DNA of 64,000 bases, from assembly GCA_017654855.1 (NCBI GenBank), contig CM030333.1, positions 2,170,001 through 2,234,000 on the forward strand, in the 5' to 3' direction. Positions 13,293 to 25,984 of this stretch are shown piece after piece. Below the pieces are notes generated by a model that saw only the letters and a program-made list of their open reading frames with translations, did no database searches and was not told the origin of the DNA. Positions within the stretch are counted from its first letter, which is position 1. Every line of letters begins with the position of its first letter. Source of the DNA: Podospora anserina (taxonomy: Eukaryota). Both the position numbers and the translations under genes were made by a program.

Positions 13293-15445
13293 TCATCGCC
13301 CCTCCTCTTCCTCCCCCCCCCCGACCCATCCCCATCCGTCTCCTCCCCAGCCCCCTCCAAAACCCCCCTGATCCCTCTGCCCGTTCCCACTCCCCCAGCC
13401 CTTCCCCAAAGCTATTCCCCCACAGTTAATCATCGTAAACTCACTCGCAGTCGGCCCATCCAGCACCCCCAACTCCCCCTCCCCCAACCACCTAGGCAGC
13501 ACCACCGCCCTAACCGGAATCAACAAAATGATAAAAACCGGAAACCCCACCGCCGCCACCGTCTGCGTAATCGCAAACGTCGCCGCAAACCCAAGCAATT
13601 CCAACCCAACAAACAACCAGATCTTCTTGTCAGGACACCCCCTCAACGGACTGTCCCTCGGCCTGAGCCTCCTCTCCTGAAGCAAATACACCAACTTCAG
13701 CGTGATCCCATTCCCCTCCAGCGCCTGGAACCCCATAATAAAAAACAACCCCGCCAGAACCCCCTGCGGGATGAGATGCAGCACCGACAGAAGCGGGCCC
13801 GTCATAGCGACGAGTGTTATCAGCCCCTGGGCGAGGTTGGAGACGCGTTGTTCCACCACGTGGGTTGCTTTCAGTTGGGGTTTGCCGCCATGCTCGAAAG
13901 AGGAAGAGGACGAGGAAGAGGAAGAGGTGACGACTTTTGTTACGCAGAGGGACTCGGTGTGAAAAGGGGCTTGGGGTATCAGACCGTTAGGAAACGGCAG
14001 GCCCAACAGCCCCGAGATTCCCGTTGTGAGGCCTAGCAGAAAGAGGTCCCAGTGGAAGCCGGCTGGTTTGCGGAGGGGGTACTCTGAGCCTTGGGCTATG
14101 AGGGAGGATACTAGGTTACTGTCAGTGGATGGTGATGAGGGAGAGAAGGGAGAGGGGAAAAAAGGGTTAAATACCATTGTGATCAAACCAAAACAACACC
14201 GTCAACAAAACCGCAAACGGAATCGCCAAAAACACGTGCCCTATCGGCAAGTCCCAAAAGTGAACAAACCACCCCCTCGACTCCACCGTCGGCATAAACG
14301 CTACACCTGTCGGAAGCGTCTCCAAAGGCACATTCTTCATCCTGCCCATGTAGGCAAACCCCGTAAAAAAAATCACCGTCAACGGGGTGCCGTAGTCTTT
14401 GATAAACACCCTAATCCAGTGCTTGAACAGCGTGGATTTTGTGCCAATCTCTCCACATATATAAGCAATGCAAAAGACAAGCAGCGACACAACAACCGAC
14501 AGCCAAAACGGCGAGCCGTCACCGAGCGTCTCGAGGATTTGAACGCCCTTTTGGAGATAAATAAGCGCGACGTAGAAGCCAAAGATGTCACAGGGAAAGC
14601 GAGTGACATAGCTAAGCCTGTTTGTTTTCATCAGCTGGATATCATTATAATCCAAAAAAAAAAAAAAAAAAAAATAAAAAAATAAAAAAAAAGAAAAAAA
14701 GAAAGAGAAAAAAAAGGCGGAGGTGAAGACATACCAATTACAAGAATTCGTCACCGCCAAAACCCAATGAAACACCAAACTCCACAGTCCAATCCAGCAC
14801 ATGAACCCAAGGTAGTAAGTCCCGGAGTCCTTCATGATATTATACACCGTACTGCCATCCCACGTTAGCCATCCCTCTCCCTTCCTATCACCAACCCCAT
14901 CTCATCAGTGCCCCCCCTCCCCCCATCACCACCAACAACACAGAAACTAAAGAGAGAACTCACTAATTAAAAACTGTAATCGGCCCCGTAACCCCCACAA
15001 TCACAATCGGCTGGCACGCTCCCACACTAAACACCACCGCCCCCAGCACACTAGCCAACAGCGTCTCGTTCACTCCGTACTCCCCGTTCGTCTTGTGCAG
15101 CATGTCCAGACTGAACGCCAACGCGGGCAGGATGTTGGCAAAAAACATGTACACCGTCGCCGGCACGACACGGTAATCCCAGGCGTCGGTCCAGTCGGAC
15201 CAGTAGTAGGGCAGGCGGCGTTTGATGTCGAGGTACATGCCTCGGCCGAGGTGGATTCTGTGCCATGGTTCTTCTGGTTTGCCGTTTGATGGTGATGATG
15301 GGGCGGGGGGTTGAGGTAATGAGACGGCGGCGGCGGTGTGAGTTGGGAGGAGCTGTTCACCTCCTCCTCCTCCTCCTCCTCCTCCTCCTCCTTCGGGCGG
15401 TAATGGGGGTTTCTCTGATGGCATTTTATGGTTTGTTGCTTTCAC
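13293..15445 (-). CDS. bor1: Borate/bicarbonate transporter (SLC4/BOR1 family); exons 15445-14964, 14851-14735, 14617-14175, 14110-13293 (true end may be 13187, see findings)
   Basis: Motifs DIKRRLPYYWSDWTDAW, FANILPALAFSLDM, GVTGPITVFNYTVY, YVTRFPCDIFG, FDHNVSSLIAQ, KPAGFHWD, NGLIPQAPFHT and VVEQRVSNLAQG. Three GT..AG introns restore the frame. Confidence 0.9.
14653..14715. repeat. Long poly(A)/poly(T) tract inside intron 2 of the borate transporter
   Basis: A-rich run seen directly; it reads as a U-tract on the transcribed minus strand. Confidence 0.9.
15360..15392. repeat. (CCT)n trinucleotide repeat encoding poly-Gly in the transporter N-terminus
   Basis: CCT repeat translates to a G-run (EGGGGGGGGGGGEQ) on the minus strand. 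Confidence 0.9.
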
Positions 15446-16363
15446 TTCTTGAGGGACCGAGTGAGGCGTTCAAAATATGGGGGTGGCTGAACCTCAACGG
15501 TCAGCGAGGCTGGTCGAACCCGCGCGCGGCTGTAAGTTGAGACCGCTGACTGAGATGAGATGAAAACTAACCCCAGACTGAGCCTCTCTCAATCCAGAGA
15601 GCAAAATCCTCTTCAATTCCTGTGAGTTATTGACGCAGCGCAATTGATGCCCTGAGCGTATCATCCATCAACAACGTCAGAAATTGATGAAATAGAACAC
15701 CCCGAGCAAAAGCTGCGTTCGGCACCGTGGCGGCGACTTTCCCCCCAAAAAACGACGTCGCTAATGAGCAAAGCCAACTAAAAAAGAGAAAAAAAAGAAG
15801 CCGAGAAACCGGCCCCACAAACCCGCTAATCCCCGGTTTTGTCTCCCCCCCCCCGACTAACAACGTCTGATGCCACCCTTCATTGTTCTTTCATGTTTTT
15901 CCCCAAGTCCCTGAAAATCATCGCCGTCAAAGACCTCATTCATAATGTAACCGTACAGATTCAAAGCCTCAACAGCAACGTAATCTTAGTAGAGGAATGG
16001 TATCTCAAAAACCTATACCACAATTCTCCCACTTACACCACCAACCTCCACCACACCACACACCATCAATCTATCATAATACTTTTACATTTCATATACA
16101 AAGGAAAAAAGAGTTTATAGTAGTACATAGATACATGCCGCTTTCTCCCCCTTCCCCTCCACTCCCCTCCTCCTCCCCACCTCCATATCAATCCCAAACA
16201 ATGCACCTAAAAAGCATCATTCGACCTGATTTTACCACTTAAACCCACCCCATGATGCTGTCCTTTTTCTTTCTTCCCAGAGTATAATAACGTAACCACA
16301 TGAAAAGAACACACACGAGTTGAGTTTTTGTAAAAATCTACCTCATCACACACCGACCTTCAT

Positions 16364-19149
16364 TCACCTCTTCTCCTCTCCATCCTCATGCTCCTTCATA
16401 GCAGGCTCCGGACCCCCAGGTGTATCCGTGCTCTCGGTGGGAAAAGGCGGTGCGGCCGTCCCCTTGCCCCCCTTTCCGTCAAAGTACTTGGAAAACTCCT
16501 CCTTCTCCGGCCACTCCCTCGGTCCCAGCAGCCTGACCAGGTCATCTCTGCTCAGCACCTCCTTCTTCAGCAGCTCCTCGGCCACAATCCCAACCTCCTT
16601 CTTCCTCGCCGTCAGCAGGTCCTTGCACTGCTTGTACGCCTCGTCCACGATTCTCCGGACCTCGGCGTCAATCATCTGGGCGGTCGACTCGGCAAACGGC
16701 TTCTTGAGCTGGTTCTCGTCGTTGTTGAAGTGGAGCGGTCCGAGCTTCTTGGACATGCCCCATTGGGTGACCATGGTGGTGGCCATGTGGGTGACCTTCT
16801 TGAAGTCGTCAGAAGCACCGGTGGTGACGGTGGGGAAGTGAAGCTCCTCAGAGACGCGACCGCCGAGGGTCATGGCCATGCGGTCCATGAGCTGGTTGGT
16901 CGACATGAGGTAAGCGTCGGTGGCGGGGAGGTACTGGGCGTAACCGAGAGCACCCTGGCCACGGGGGATGATGGACACCTTGAGGAGAGGGTCAGCCCAC
17001 CGGAAGTACCAGCCGCAAACAGCGTGACCAGCTTCGTGATAGGCAACTGTCCTCTTCTCTTCGGGGTCGAGGACGAGAGACTTGCGCTCGAGACCACCAA
17101 TGACACGCTCGATGGCCTGCTCGAAGTGGATCATGGCAACACTGGAAGCGTTGGCACGAGCAGCTATGAGAATAGTCAGCACTAGACTTTACGATGAAAC
17201 GAAAAAGTGAGAAAAAACATACCAATAAGAGCAGCCTCGTTGACCGCATTGGCAATGTCAGCTCCGGCAAACCCAGGAGTCAACGCGGCCAACCGACCAG
17301 TCAAGTAGGTCAAATCCTCATTCGTCAGAATCTTCTTAAGATGCACCTTGAAAATCTCCTGACGACCCTTCATCGTCGGCCGATCAATGTGGATATGTCT
17401 GTCAAAACGGCCAGGACGCATCAGAGCCTTGTCGAGAATGTCAGGTCTGTTCGTGCCGGCCAACACAACAACCTGCTCCGAGGTGTTGAAGCCGTCCATC
17501 TCGGTCAAGATCTGGTTCAGCGTCGACTCCCGTTCGTCGTTGCCACCGCCCCTGAAGCCGCCGCCTTCCGAACGGGACTTTCCAACCGCATCAATCTCAT
17601 CGATAAAGACGATGCAGGGAGCGTTCTTTCTCGCGGTCGAAAACAGATCCCGAACCCTCGAGGCACCAACACCGACAAACATCTCGACGAACTCGGAGCC
17701 ACTGACAGAATAAAACGGCACCTGAGATTCGCCAGCCGTGGCTTTGGCCAAAAGCGTCTTGCCAGTACCGGGCGGACCAGACAAGATCGCACCCCTCGGG
17801 ATCTTGGCACCCAGCCTCTGGAACCGCTCCGGCGACTTCAAGAAGCTCACAAACTCCATAATCTCCGTCTTGGCCTCATCCATACCCGCCACATCCGCAA
17901 ACTTGACCTTGACAGCCGCATCATGGTTGAACTCCTTGGCCTTGCTCTTGCCGAAACCAAAGACGCCGCTGCCACCACCACCCATACCAGCACCGGCCCG
18001 TCTCGCCGACCAGATCAACAGACCCATGATCATCAACGTCGGCCCAAAAGCAATCAACAAGTTGCTAAAGTTGCTCTCAGAGGCATACGAGACCGGTATC
18101 CTGTCCGAGGTCGGGATCCCCAGTTCCTGCTGCGCCTCGTCCAGTCTCCTCTCAAAGGCATCAATAGAGCCAATGGTGAAGTAGTAATGGAACCCAGGCT
18201 TGCCAGCAGTAGACCCAGGGTAAACAGAGTTGACCGCCTCCCTATCCAGCTCAACCTTGACCCGGTCGTGATCAACAATCAGCTTCTTGACCAAGCCCTT
18301 GTCCAAAAACGTCCTCCGCAGCTCCTGCCAGGTGATCTCCCTAGAGTTATCCCCACCCATAAACAGCGACAGCAGGGGATACAGCAAAATAGCACCCACC
18401 ACCCAGCTCATGGTGTCCGACAGCTGGAATCCCGGTCTAGGCGGTGGCGTCCCCCTCTTCCTTTGCTGTCCCTTCTGCTTCCCCTCCCCATCCTGCTTCC
18501 CCTCCCCATCCTGCTTCTCCCCCTCCTCCTTCTCCCCAGGCTTCCTACTCTCAAAACTCACCCTCCTCGCCTCCCTCTCCGCCCTCTTCCTCCTCTCCTC
18601 CTCGACCTCCTCCTGCTGCGCCTGAAACTCCTGAATATCCTCCAGCATCTTCGGAAAGTACCTCATCGCCCTCAACGCATCCATCATCCCCAGCTTAGGG
18701 AAATCCCCCGTCCAGTTCTTGACCATAATGTCATGAAACTCCTTTGGCAAACCCGGCACTTTGTTCACGTCGAAGATCGCCCTCAGCTCCGGCGGCATCT
18801 GTATCACACCCAGGAGCTTCTCCACCTTCTTCAGCTCCTCCTCTGACAGGCGGACCCAGCCGCGGGGTATTGGCTTCTCTTCTTCGGTTCCTGGTGGTGT
18901 CGTGACGTCTCGGTGGTGGTCATTGTTGTTGTTTTCGGGTGGCCCGGCAGGAGGAGGGGGGGGGTTGGTCGATTGGAATCTTCTCGAGAGAACAAAAACT
19001 GAACCGGCTGGGGAGGACGAAATAATCCGGGGGTGTCGAGCTGCTCGAATAGCTGGGCTTGTGATCGCTCGGAGGGGTAGACTCCTCCTTGCGCCGCCGC
19101 TGCCGCCGCCGCCGAGAGCAGCCAGTCGGCAGGCTGGGGATCGGAACAT
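16364..19149 (-). CDS. afg3: Mitochondrial m-AAA metalloprotease (AFG3/YTA12, FtsH family); exons 19149-17223, 17163-16364
   Basis: Arg/Ser-rich presequence, two TM segments, Walker A GPPGTGKT, Walker [22 protein letters not shown] and Zn motif HEAGH. One GTATGT..GCTGAC..TAG intron. AFG3 versus YTA12 cannot be resolved by eye. Confidence 0.92.
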
Positions 19150-20303
19150 TGCTTTTGTTGTGTCTTATGTCCCCTTGTCTAAATCAATTCGACCTCCTTT
19201 TCCCCTTCGTTGTAAAAGCTGCGTCCGGTTTTGTTGTGGCGTACAACCACAAGAACGCAGGCGAGAAAGATGGTGGGATGTGGTGATGCGATGCGGGATT
19301 GCGAAAGGACCGACCACCAGCAGCAGGTGTGGTGGATTTCTTGGCAACCCGAACCAGCAAGCAGCAGTTTAAAACAAACCGTGACCTTTTCTATCAGCTT
19401 GATAAGCAGCGGCCCACCGCCTGCGCTCTCACCACTAACCACTAGCGGCAACTTGTAGGAAAAACTCGTTGAAATTGCCTACAGGAAGCGGGCAGTCTTT
19501 TTGAACAAGCCCAACTTTCTGTTGTTGTGGTTCAAGTGAGCCGCAGTGTTGACAGCAAAAAGGGTTTCCTCCCTGTACGAAAGCTCTGCAAAATCCCATT
19601 CGATGAATGATGCTGTGCGGCGAGAAACACCTACCTAAAGCTCATCCGACCTTATCCCGAAATGTCCTAGCGCCGAGTCACGTGGGGAGGGGGAGGGGCT
19701 ACAAAGCTATGGAATTATCGGACTCCTGGCCTAAAGCCTATACAAAATACAGAAGCTCCATAGCCCCCAAAAGTGCCCGGACAGGCTCCTCCTCCGTAGG
19801 CAGTGTGGTGCTGACGTATGGAGTCCACAAGAAGGCAGGTGAGCATGCTTAGCTTGGTCACAACGACCATGACGAGCTTTAGCTTGAAGCTCAAGATCCT
19901 GATGCTACTGCAGATACCTTTAAATAACCAATCCATTCATCTGATGTTTAGCAGCAAAACAAGACAGAAGATGCACCTGAGCAGAGACGTCCTTCTGATT
20001 CAAGCCCCTATATACCCTCCCATATTCCTCACCCATAGCAAGTTACACATTCCCATGCAACCACCCAACACAACAATGCTTCCCAAAGAAAATCATCAAC
20101 TGAACTAAACAAAAGGGGGAATCCGTTCAAAACAACAACAACAACAACAACAAGAAAACAAAATCCCAAAAAACCCCAATGCCAATCCATCACGCCCACC
20201 CATGAATTTCCATTCCCATATCATTCCATCCACCCTTTTCCCTTTCCAAAGATGCCCAATCCTCTTTTTACCTTTCCACAGCCCCCCCCCCCGTTTCCCA
20301 CCT

Positions 20304-23300
20304 CTACATCCTCCCAGACACCTCCCCCCCAAAATTCCCATTCTCCACACTAGGATACGCCCCCCCGCTCATCTCGGCCCAATCCCAATCCAACGTCATC
20401 GGCAAGCTAAACAAGTCCTGCGGCAACATAGGCTGCTGAAAGAACCCTCCCCCCAGCGGCGGGCTCGTCAGTCCCCCTGTCCCTCCCATCGTAACTGAAT
20501 TCATCGGATCAAATCCTCCCATATCATACCCCCCGTAATCACCACCACCACCCGGAACACCGCCTCCACCATTCGGAGGCGCAGCTGCAAAATCCCCATG
20601 CCACCCCGTTGGCGCCATACCAGGCGACGAACTCGAGCTCATTGTCCCTTGGCCGTTGGCGGCGCCGTTTATCGGGCCGAATCCAGTGTTTGGTGGTGAG
20701 CGGTGGTCGTTTGGTGGTGAGGAAAGGTTGTTGTTCGGGGGCTGATGCTGGTTGTTCATGGAATGGGATGCTTGTGGTGTGGCAGAGCCGGCTGTTGTCG
20801 GCCGGGGTGTAGGGGCGGCGGCTGCTGGGTTGGGGTTGAAGGATGGGGAGTCCCCGGTAGCAGTTGTTTTGGCAGCTGGTTGCTCGGTATTCTTCCTCTT
20901 CCGCCTGTTGGCGTGTTCCTTCTCCGCCTTTTCCACCACCACCTTTGCAATCCGCTCAAACTCTGAACAAACTCCCAGCATACGGTGGACACCACCTGTC
21001 TCGGCTTCTACGCCGAGCATAGACAAGAAGTTGACCACCACGTTCATAAGCTTTGCGTCTGACCGGGCTCTTGGGTCCAGTGGATTCTGCAACACGTTGC
21101 CGAAGAGGGTAACGAGGGCTGATACTGGGAAGTAGAGGACCATCCTACATAATAATTAGCAATTACGCAGCCGAGAATCGGACGGGAGCAACTTACCAAA
21201 CACAAGAGAAATCCCCCTGAGGGATGTACTTGAGCAGAGAAATCGACGCCCTAGCAGCCGAAGTGCACAACGCCGCCGATGAGAAAATGCGAGGGTTCAA
21301 TGGCCTAGCATTAAGCCCCTGAATAGCATAGTTGGACAACCTGCTGGTCCAATACCCATGATGAATCGACATCCGGTGAATTGTCGTCAAGCAGTTGTAA
21401 TAGTTAAAGTGCAGCATGACGATGTGCAGAATCAGCGGCGTGTGCGATGCTTTGATTTCGTGTTCCGGTCGGAAGTCGATGGGAATCCTGTCCTTCCAGT
21501 CCTCAAGCTCCTGGTCGAGTTCGCCAATGGTGTTCAAGAGCTCGCCATCAGACTGCTTTGTCGCCTCTGTCGAGTACAACCTGTTGTAAACCCTGCTCTC
21601 AACAATGGATAGCTCGCACATAACCCTAAACAGGTTCATCTTCCCCTTTCCGTCCGCCAGCGGAATGTTTCCGATGCCATCCGCCGGGTCAGCGTCAGGC
21701 AGCTCGACGTTCATGTCGCTATCATCCTGTGCCGGTGGTCTTCCTGATCGGAGGCAAAGATCCTTGTCCAGCATGTAGGCAATCCAAAACACTCTCTTGC
21801 GCTGCTCGATTTCGATCGGGTTCAAATTGAAGTTGGTGCCCTTCTTGTGAAGGCCGATGGTGTGCGCCAGTCGGATGGCAGTCGCAATGATAAGTGACGA
21901 TGGCTGCGGGTTAGGAGTGCCTTGCATAAACATAGCCATACCCAGCAGAGCCTGCACACTAAGCAGATCCGTGCAGCGCATCACAATCTCCGAAAAGCAA
22001 GCCATGGCGTTCTTCATGTATGCCCAAGCCTTGTCGTCCTCTTCCTGTGGTACAAGGTTGCTCATCACCCGCAGCCGATGAGCGATAGCCAGAGCCACGT
22101 TCAAACTCGCCCACCATCCAGATCCAGTATATGGGTCGCTGGAATATTGTCGCTCTACCAGATGCATAAACGTCGGTTGGTGGAAGAGCGGGAACATGCA
22201 GTTGAAGTTCTCGAAATAGTCCTTGAGCAGCGAAAGGGCCTCGTTCTTTGGTGGCAGGTCACGGAAGATGACTCGGCGGAAGAGGTCACCAAACACATCA
22301 GGCTTCCATGCAGTCCACTTGTGGTCGTCGATCGAGACATCAGAGATCATCTGCTGGAACGAAGAATCGCCCATCTTCTCATTCACCCACTGGATACCCT
22401 TGGGTGAGAAGATGGAGAAACCGGACGAGGAGCCTTTCCCGTGTCAGTAACAAGTGGCAAGCTGATCATAGACCAAAGACTTACCAATATATCTCGTCTC
22501 ACCAATGTTATTGGTGACCAGCGAGCACATCATCTCACTCAGCTCAGCAACCTCCTCCTGCTCCTCTCCCTCTCCATCCTTTTCTGGCGTGATAGACTTA
22601 CTCTTATCCTTACTATCCTTTGCTGGCTCCGGCGAAGCCAAGGAGCTCTGAGGAGTGGAGACATTGCCATCATGCCCCGACGTGGCCTGTGATGGCGACG
22701 TTGGATTCGACGCAGCCTGAGAAGCCTGTCTCGACCGCTGCTGCTTCTCCGCAAGCTTCTTCTCCAACGTCCCCAGATCGGTAGCGCCATTGTCATCTTC
22801 CCCAAGCAGACCTGCGCCAAGACCGTTAGTGGACCACGCCCTCAAGTCAAGCTGCTATTTAAGGAAGCCATGGTTGGGGAAAAGCTATGCGTACCTGACA
22901 GCCTCAACAGGTGTTCCATACGACCTAATCTGTTCTCGAGACCTTCGATGTATTTGGCCCTGTGGTCGATTTGTCAGCTCAATGGTTCAACAGCAAACCC
23001 GAGCTTGTCCTAAATACGCACCCCTTGGGCGGATTCCTCTTCTTTTCCACCTGTGTGAAGACGCAGTCGGTCTTGTAGTTGATGCAGTGTGTGCATGCTG
23101 GTAACTTTCCGTCGCATTTGATCTTCTTCTTCCTGCACATATCGCATGCCTGCAGATTGCCCAGCGGGTCAGCAAAACGCCACATCCCGTCGTCGAGACC
23201 AAGTATTGCTTCAACTCACCCTTGCGATCCTCCTCCTCTTTGCTTCGTTTGTGTCTTCAAGTAGCCCATGGTCTCCAAACATTTGCGCAGCCATAAGGTC

Positions 23301-23420
23301 GGGTGGTAGTTGCGGCATAGGCATGCCATGTTCAGCATAGCCGCCAAAGATCTGGGGTGGTGGATTCATAAGCGGTGGTGGTTGTATGGGCATCTGAAAG
23401 CCCCCGTGCATGTGGTCCAT
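20304..23420 (-). CDS. atrR: Zn(II)2Cys6 transcription factor, AtrR-like; exons 23420-23220, 23149-23022, 22959-22895, 22811-22485, 22433-21197, 21144-20304
   Basis: Spliced N-terminus [75 protein letters not shown], plus a Fungal_trans domain ([22 protein letters not shown]). It closely matches the Aspergillus AtrR sequence as I recall it. Confidence 0.8.
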
Positions 23421-25984
23421 TGTGAATAGTTTTATCGCCTAACCGGCGTTCGTTCGTCGCAAACTCGATATCAAAATGGCAAAAGCGCAATGTGAGGTAG
23501 CGAGAAGCTATGTCAGATCGGTCGAAACCGTTGCGAGCACCAATCGATAATATAGATATTAGGCGGGGCCGAGCGGGACGATGAAGTGTGGAGGGGGCGG
23601 TAGGAGGGTGTGTCGAGTATCACTATCGTAGGCGCCGGGCAGAAAAAGGGTTGCTATTATTACCGTCCACTCTTTAGCCTTTCTTTGCGGGCTGTCGTCG
23701 AATCAGGGGAAAAGTGTGCCGGATGGTCCGGGTATAGGGGGGCTGAGCTGCTGCTGGATACAATTCGACTGCTATGCCGACAAAAGACATCCGAATATCA
23801 CCTCAGCACTTCTTCGGTCGCGGGGTCATTCGTGTGGGTTCGACAGCTTCGGTTGTGACACAGCACAAAGCTCGGGTCAGTGGAGGTTCAGGTCCCTCCA
23901 AGAATCTGTAGCCAGCTCGCTGGGATCCAATGTCTTGGAGCGGGAGGAGTCGCACGAAGGCAAGCCACGCCGCGGATTGAAGCAGAGGCTGTCGGGAAAC
24001 CGGGGAAGCGACGGCAGGATATCGATGTGGAATTGCAACTGCGATTCTTCGTTATAGTCGTCGTCGACCAAGCCGACGGTGTGAGAGTGGATTGACTGTT
24101 CGTTATATACAGTCGAAAAGATTCGAAACCAGCAAAAGGGAGGCAAGACAGTCACGAAGAAAGAAGAGCTGCGGCAAAGTGCCCATATTAAGGTGTGTCG
24201 GGTGTCAGGGCCCCAGTTCAGTGTGTCCCCAGCGGGCTGCGTTAGCGGGGGACGCGCGCGAGCGATCACCAAGACCTGACGACGTTAGGCAGGACAGGCA
24301 TGTGGCATGTGGGGGCTGGGGTTGGGTGACTGAGCGCACGGGCTGGCGGCCGAAATTCAGGGTGTTCTGCTTCACTGTTCCACCTCAGGTCAGAGGGCTG
24401 CTGCTGCTGCTTGGTAAGCTTCACCTCCACAATCAAGCCGATGACGACGCCGACCGTTTTCCCCTCGGGGTTTATTGATCTTACAAAGTCCGCTCTCTTC
24501 AGTTCGAATCGTCCAGATGGGGGCATATGAAGCGGCACAGAGGGCCCGGGGGGAATATTCCCCCATCCCCAGACATCATCTACACGCACTGCCCACTATG
24601 CCGAGCCCGTTCTCTGTTGTCAAACTGCAGGAGTACGACCTACCCCAGACCGGATCCGAACATTGAAAGCTCAACACTTTAGGTGGCATTCACCGCACCC
24701 CAGACCCGTAGTCCGGCGTTTGGAAGTGGGTTGAGGGCTAACACTATAGCTAGCTACCTTTTAGGGGGTGGAGGGCGGGCGTTATCAAAGGTGGTATCTT
24801 GCAGTACCTATCAGAGACATCAACTCTTCAGTCAGGTATCTATCAAACAAGGTGCCTTGCCCATCACGATCACCCGTCTCAAGGCCTCCAAAATGGACTG
24901 ATGATATTGACCAGCAAGTATGATGGCGGTTACGCAAAACTCACAAAATTCCAGGCATTGCAGAACTTTTCCCATGATGATGATGATGTTCAGGGACTCA
25001 ATATCATGCCATGCCTCACCGAGAGCTTCTGGGCTCTTCTCCAAGGTTTCCACTGTCCTCGAGACCCGTGGTTGTCGAGGTCGATCATAAACTGCGAATC
25101 CCGTCAGAGGGCGGCCTCTTCTGGAATCTGGATTCGAGCTCAGTCGGTTCTTTTGCGGGCAAGGGGTTCCCAGAAGCCGCCGGTTGTGAGACAGTGATGA
25201 AACGAGCATGTGTTGCCGTGGAGGGGTCGTCGACCAGAAACCCCGCCGCTTGGACGTTGATGTCACCATGGTCAGTCATGACAAATCCAACGGCTTTCTA
25301 AACTCTTAAAATTCTTTTTGATTTATTTCTTCAGAGTCGTTGCTGGAGACTGGTCGTCGGTTTTGCCAAGCACCCTATACGTGGAACTTTCAACGTCGTC
25401 CCATCTCGGAAGCACCAGAGATAAGACGAGGCTTAACGCTTACAGTGGATGACACAACCACTTCGCATAGATGGTCTCGGATCAGAACTGTTTCCTAGCT
25501 CGAGTAGTCAAGTGATATCTGAGTGGCCAGGAAGATAGCTGCAGGCCTGATCAAGCTGATCGGCAACACAAAGGGGTTTTGTGGTCACCCTTGAATGCGC
25601 CACCAGTGTCTTTGAAGGCTATCCGATCATAGCCTTAGTGGTCGAGGCTCAGCTAGGCTGTGTCTTGGATTTGAGTTCCCAAAATGGCAACTTTATACCA
25701 TGTAATATAACGTCCATCTCTTCTTAGCAACGTCGGTGTCAAGTAAAGAGGTATAGCTCCAAGATCTATGTCTTCACGGTGGCCGGCAGGCGTGCAAAGA
25801 CTGACCAAAAGCCTGAGCTTCGAGCCCCAGTCTTTGCTCGTATATATTGCACACAACAACATGAACAAGGTTCAACGCCCACATGGTATTCAACATGTCT
25901 AATATACAGCCCGTGGCATGGCATTTAAACACACCCAATACACACTTATAGTACAATTCCACCCCATTTTCATTCTCTCCCCCC

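Noticed and set aside
17194..18846. 550-aa plus-strand ORF and other long antisense ORFs (13197-14036, 59613-60812, 60541-61827)
   Set aside because: Antisense shadows of real genes, caused by biased codon usage and low-complexity repeats.
24799..25301. Overlapping 60-145 aa ORFs between AtrR and mL38
   Set aside because: No family motifs or coherent exon structure. A relic gene cannot be excluded without a homology search.
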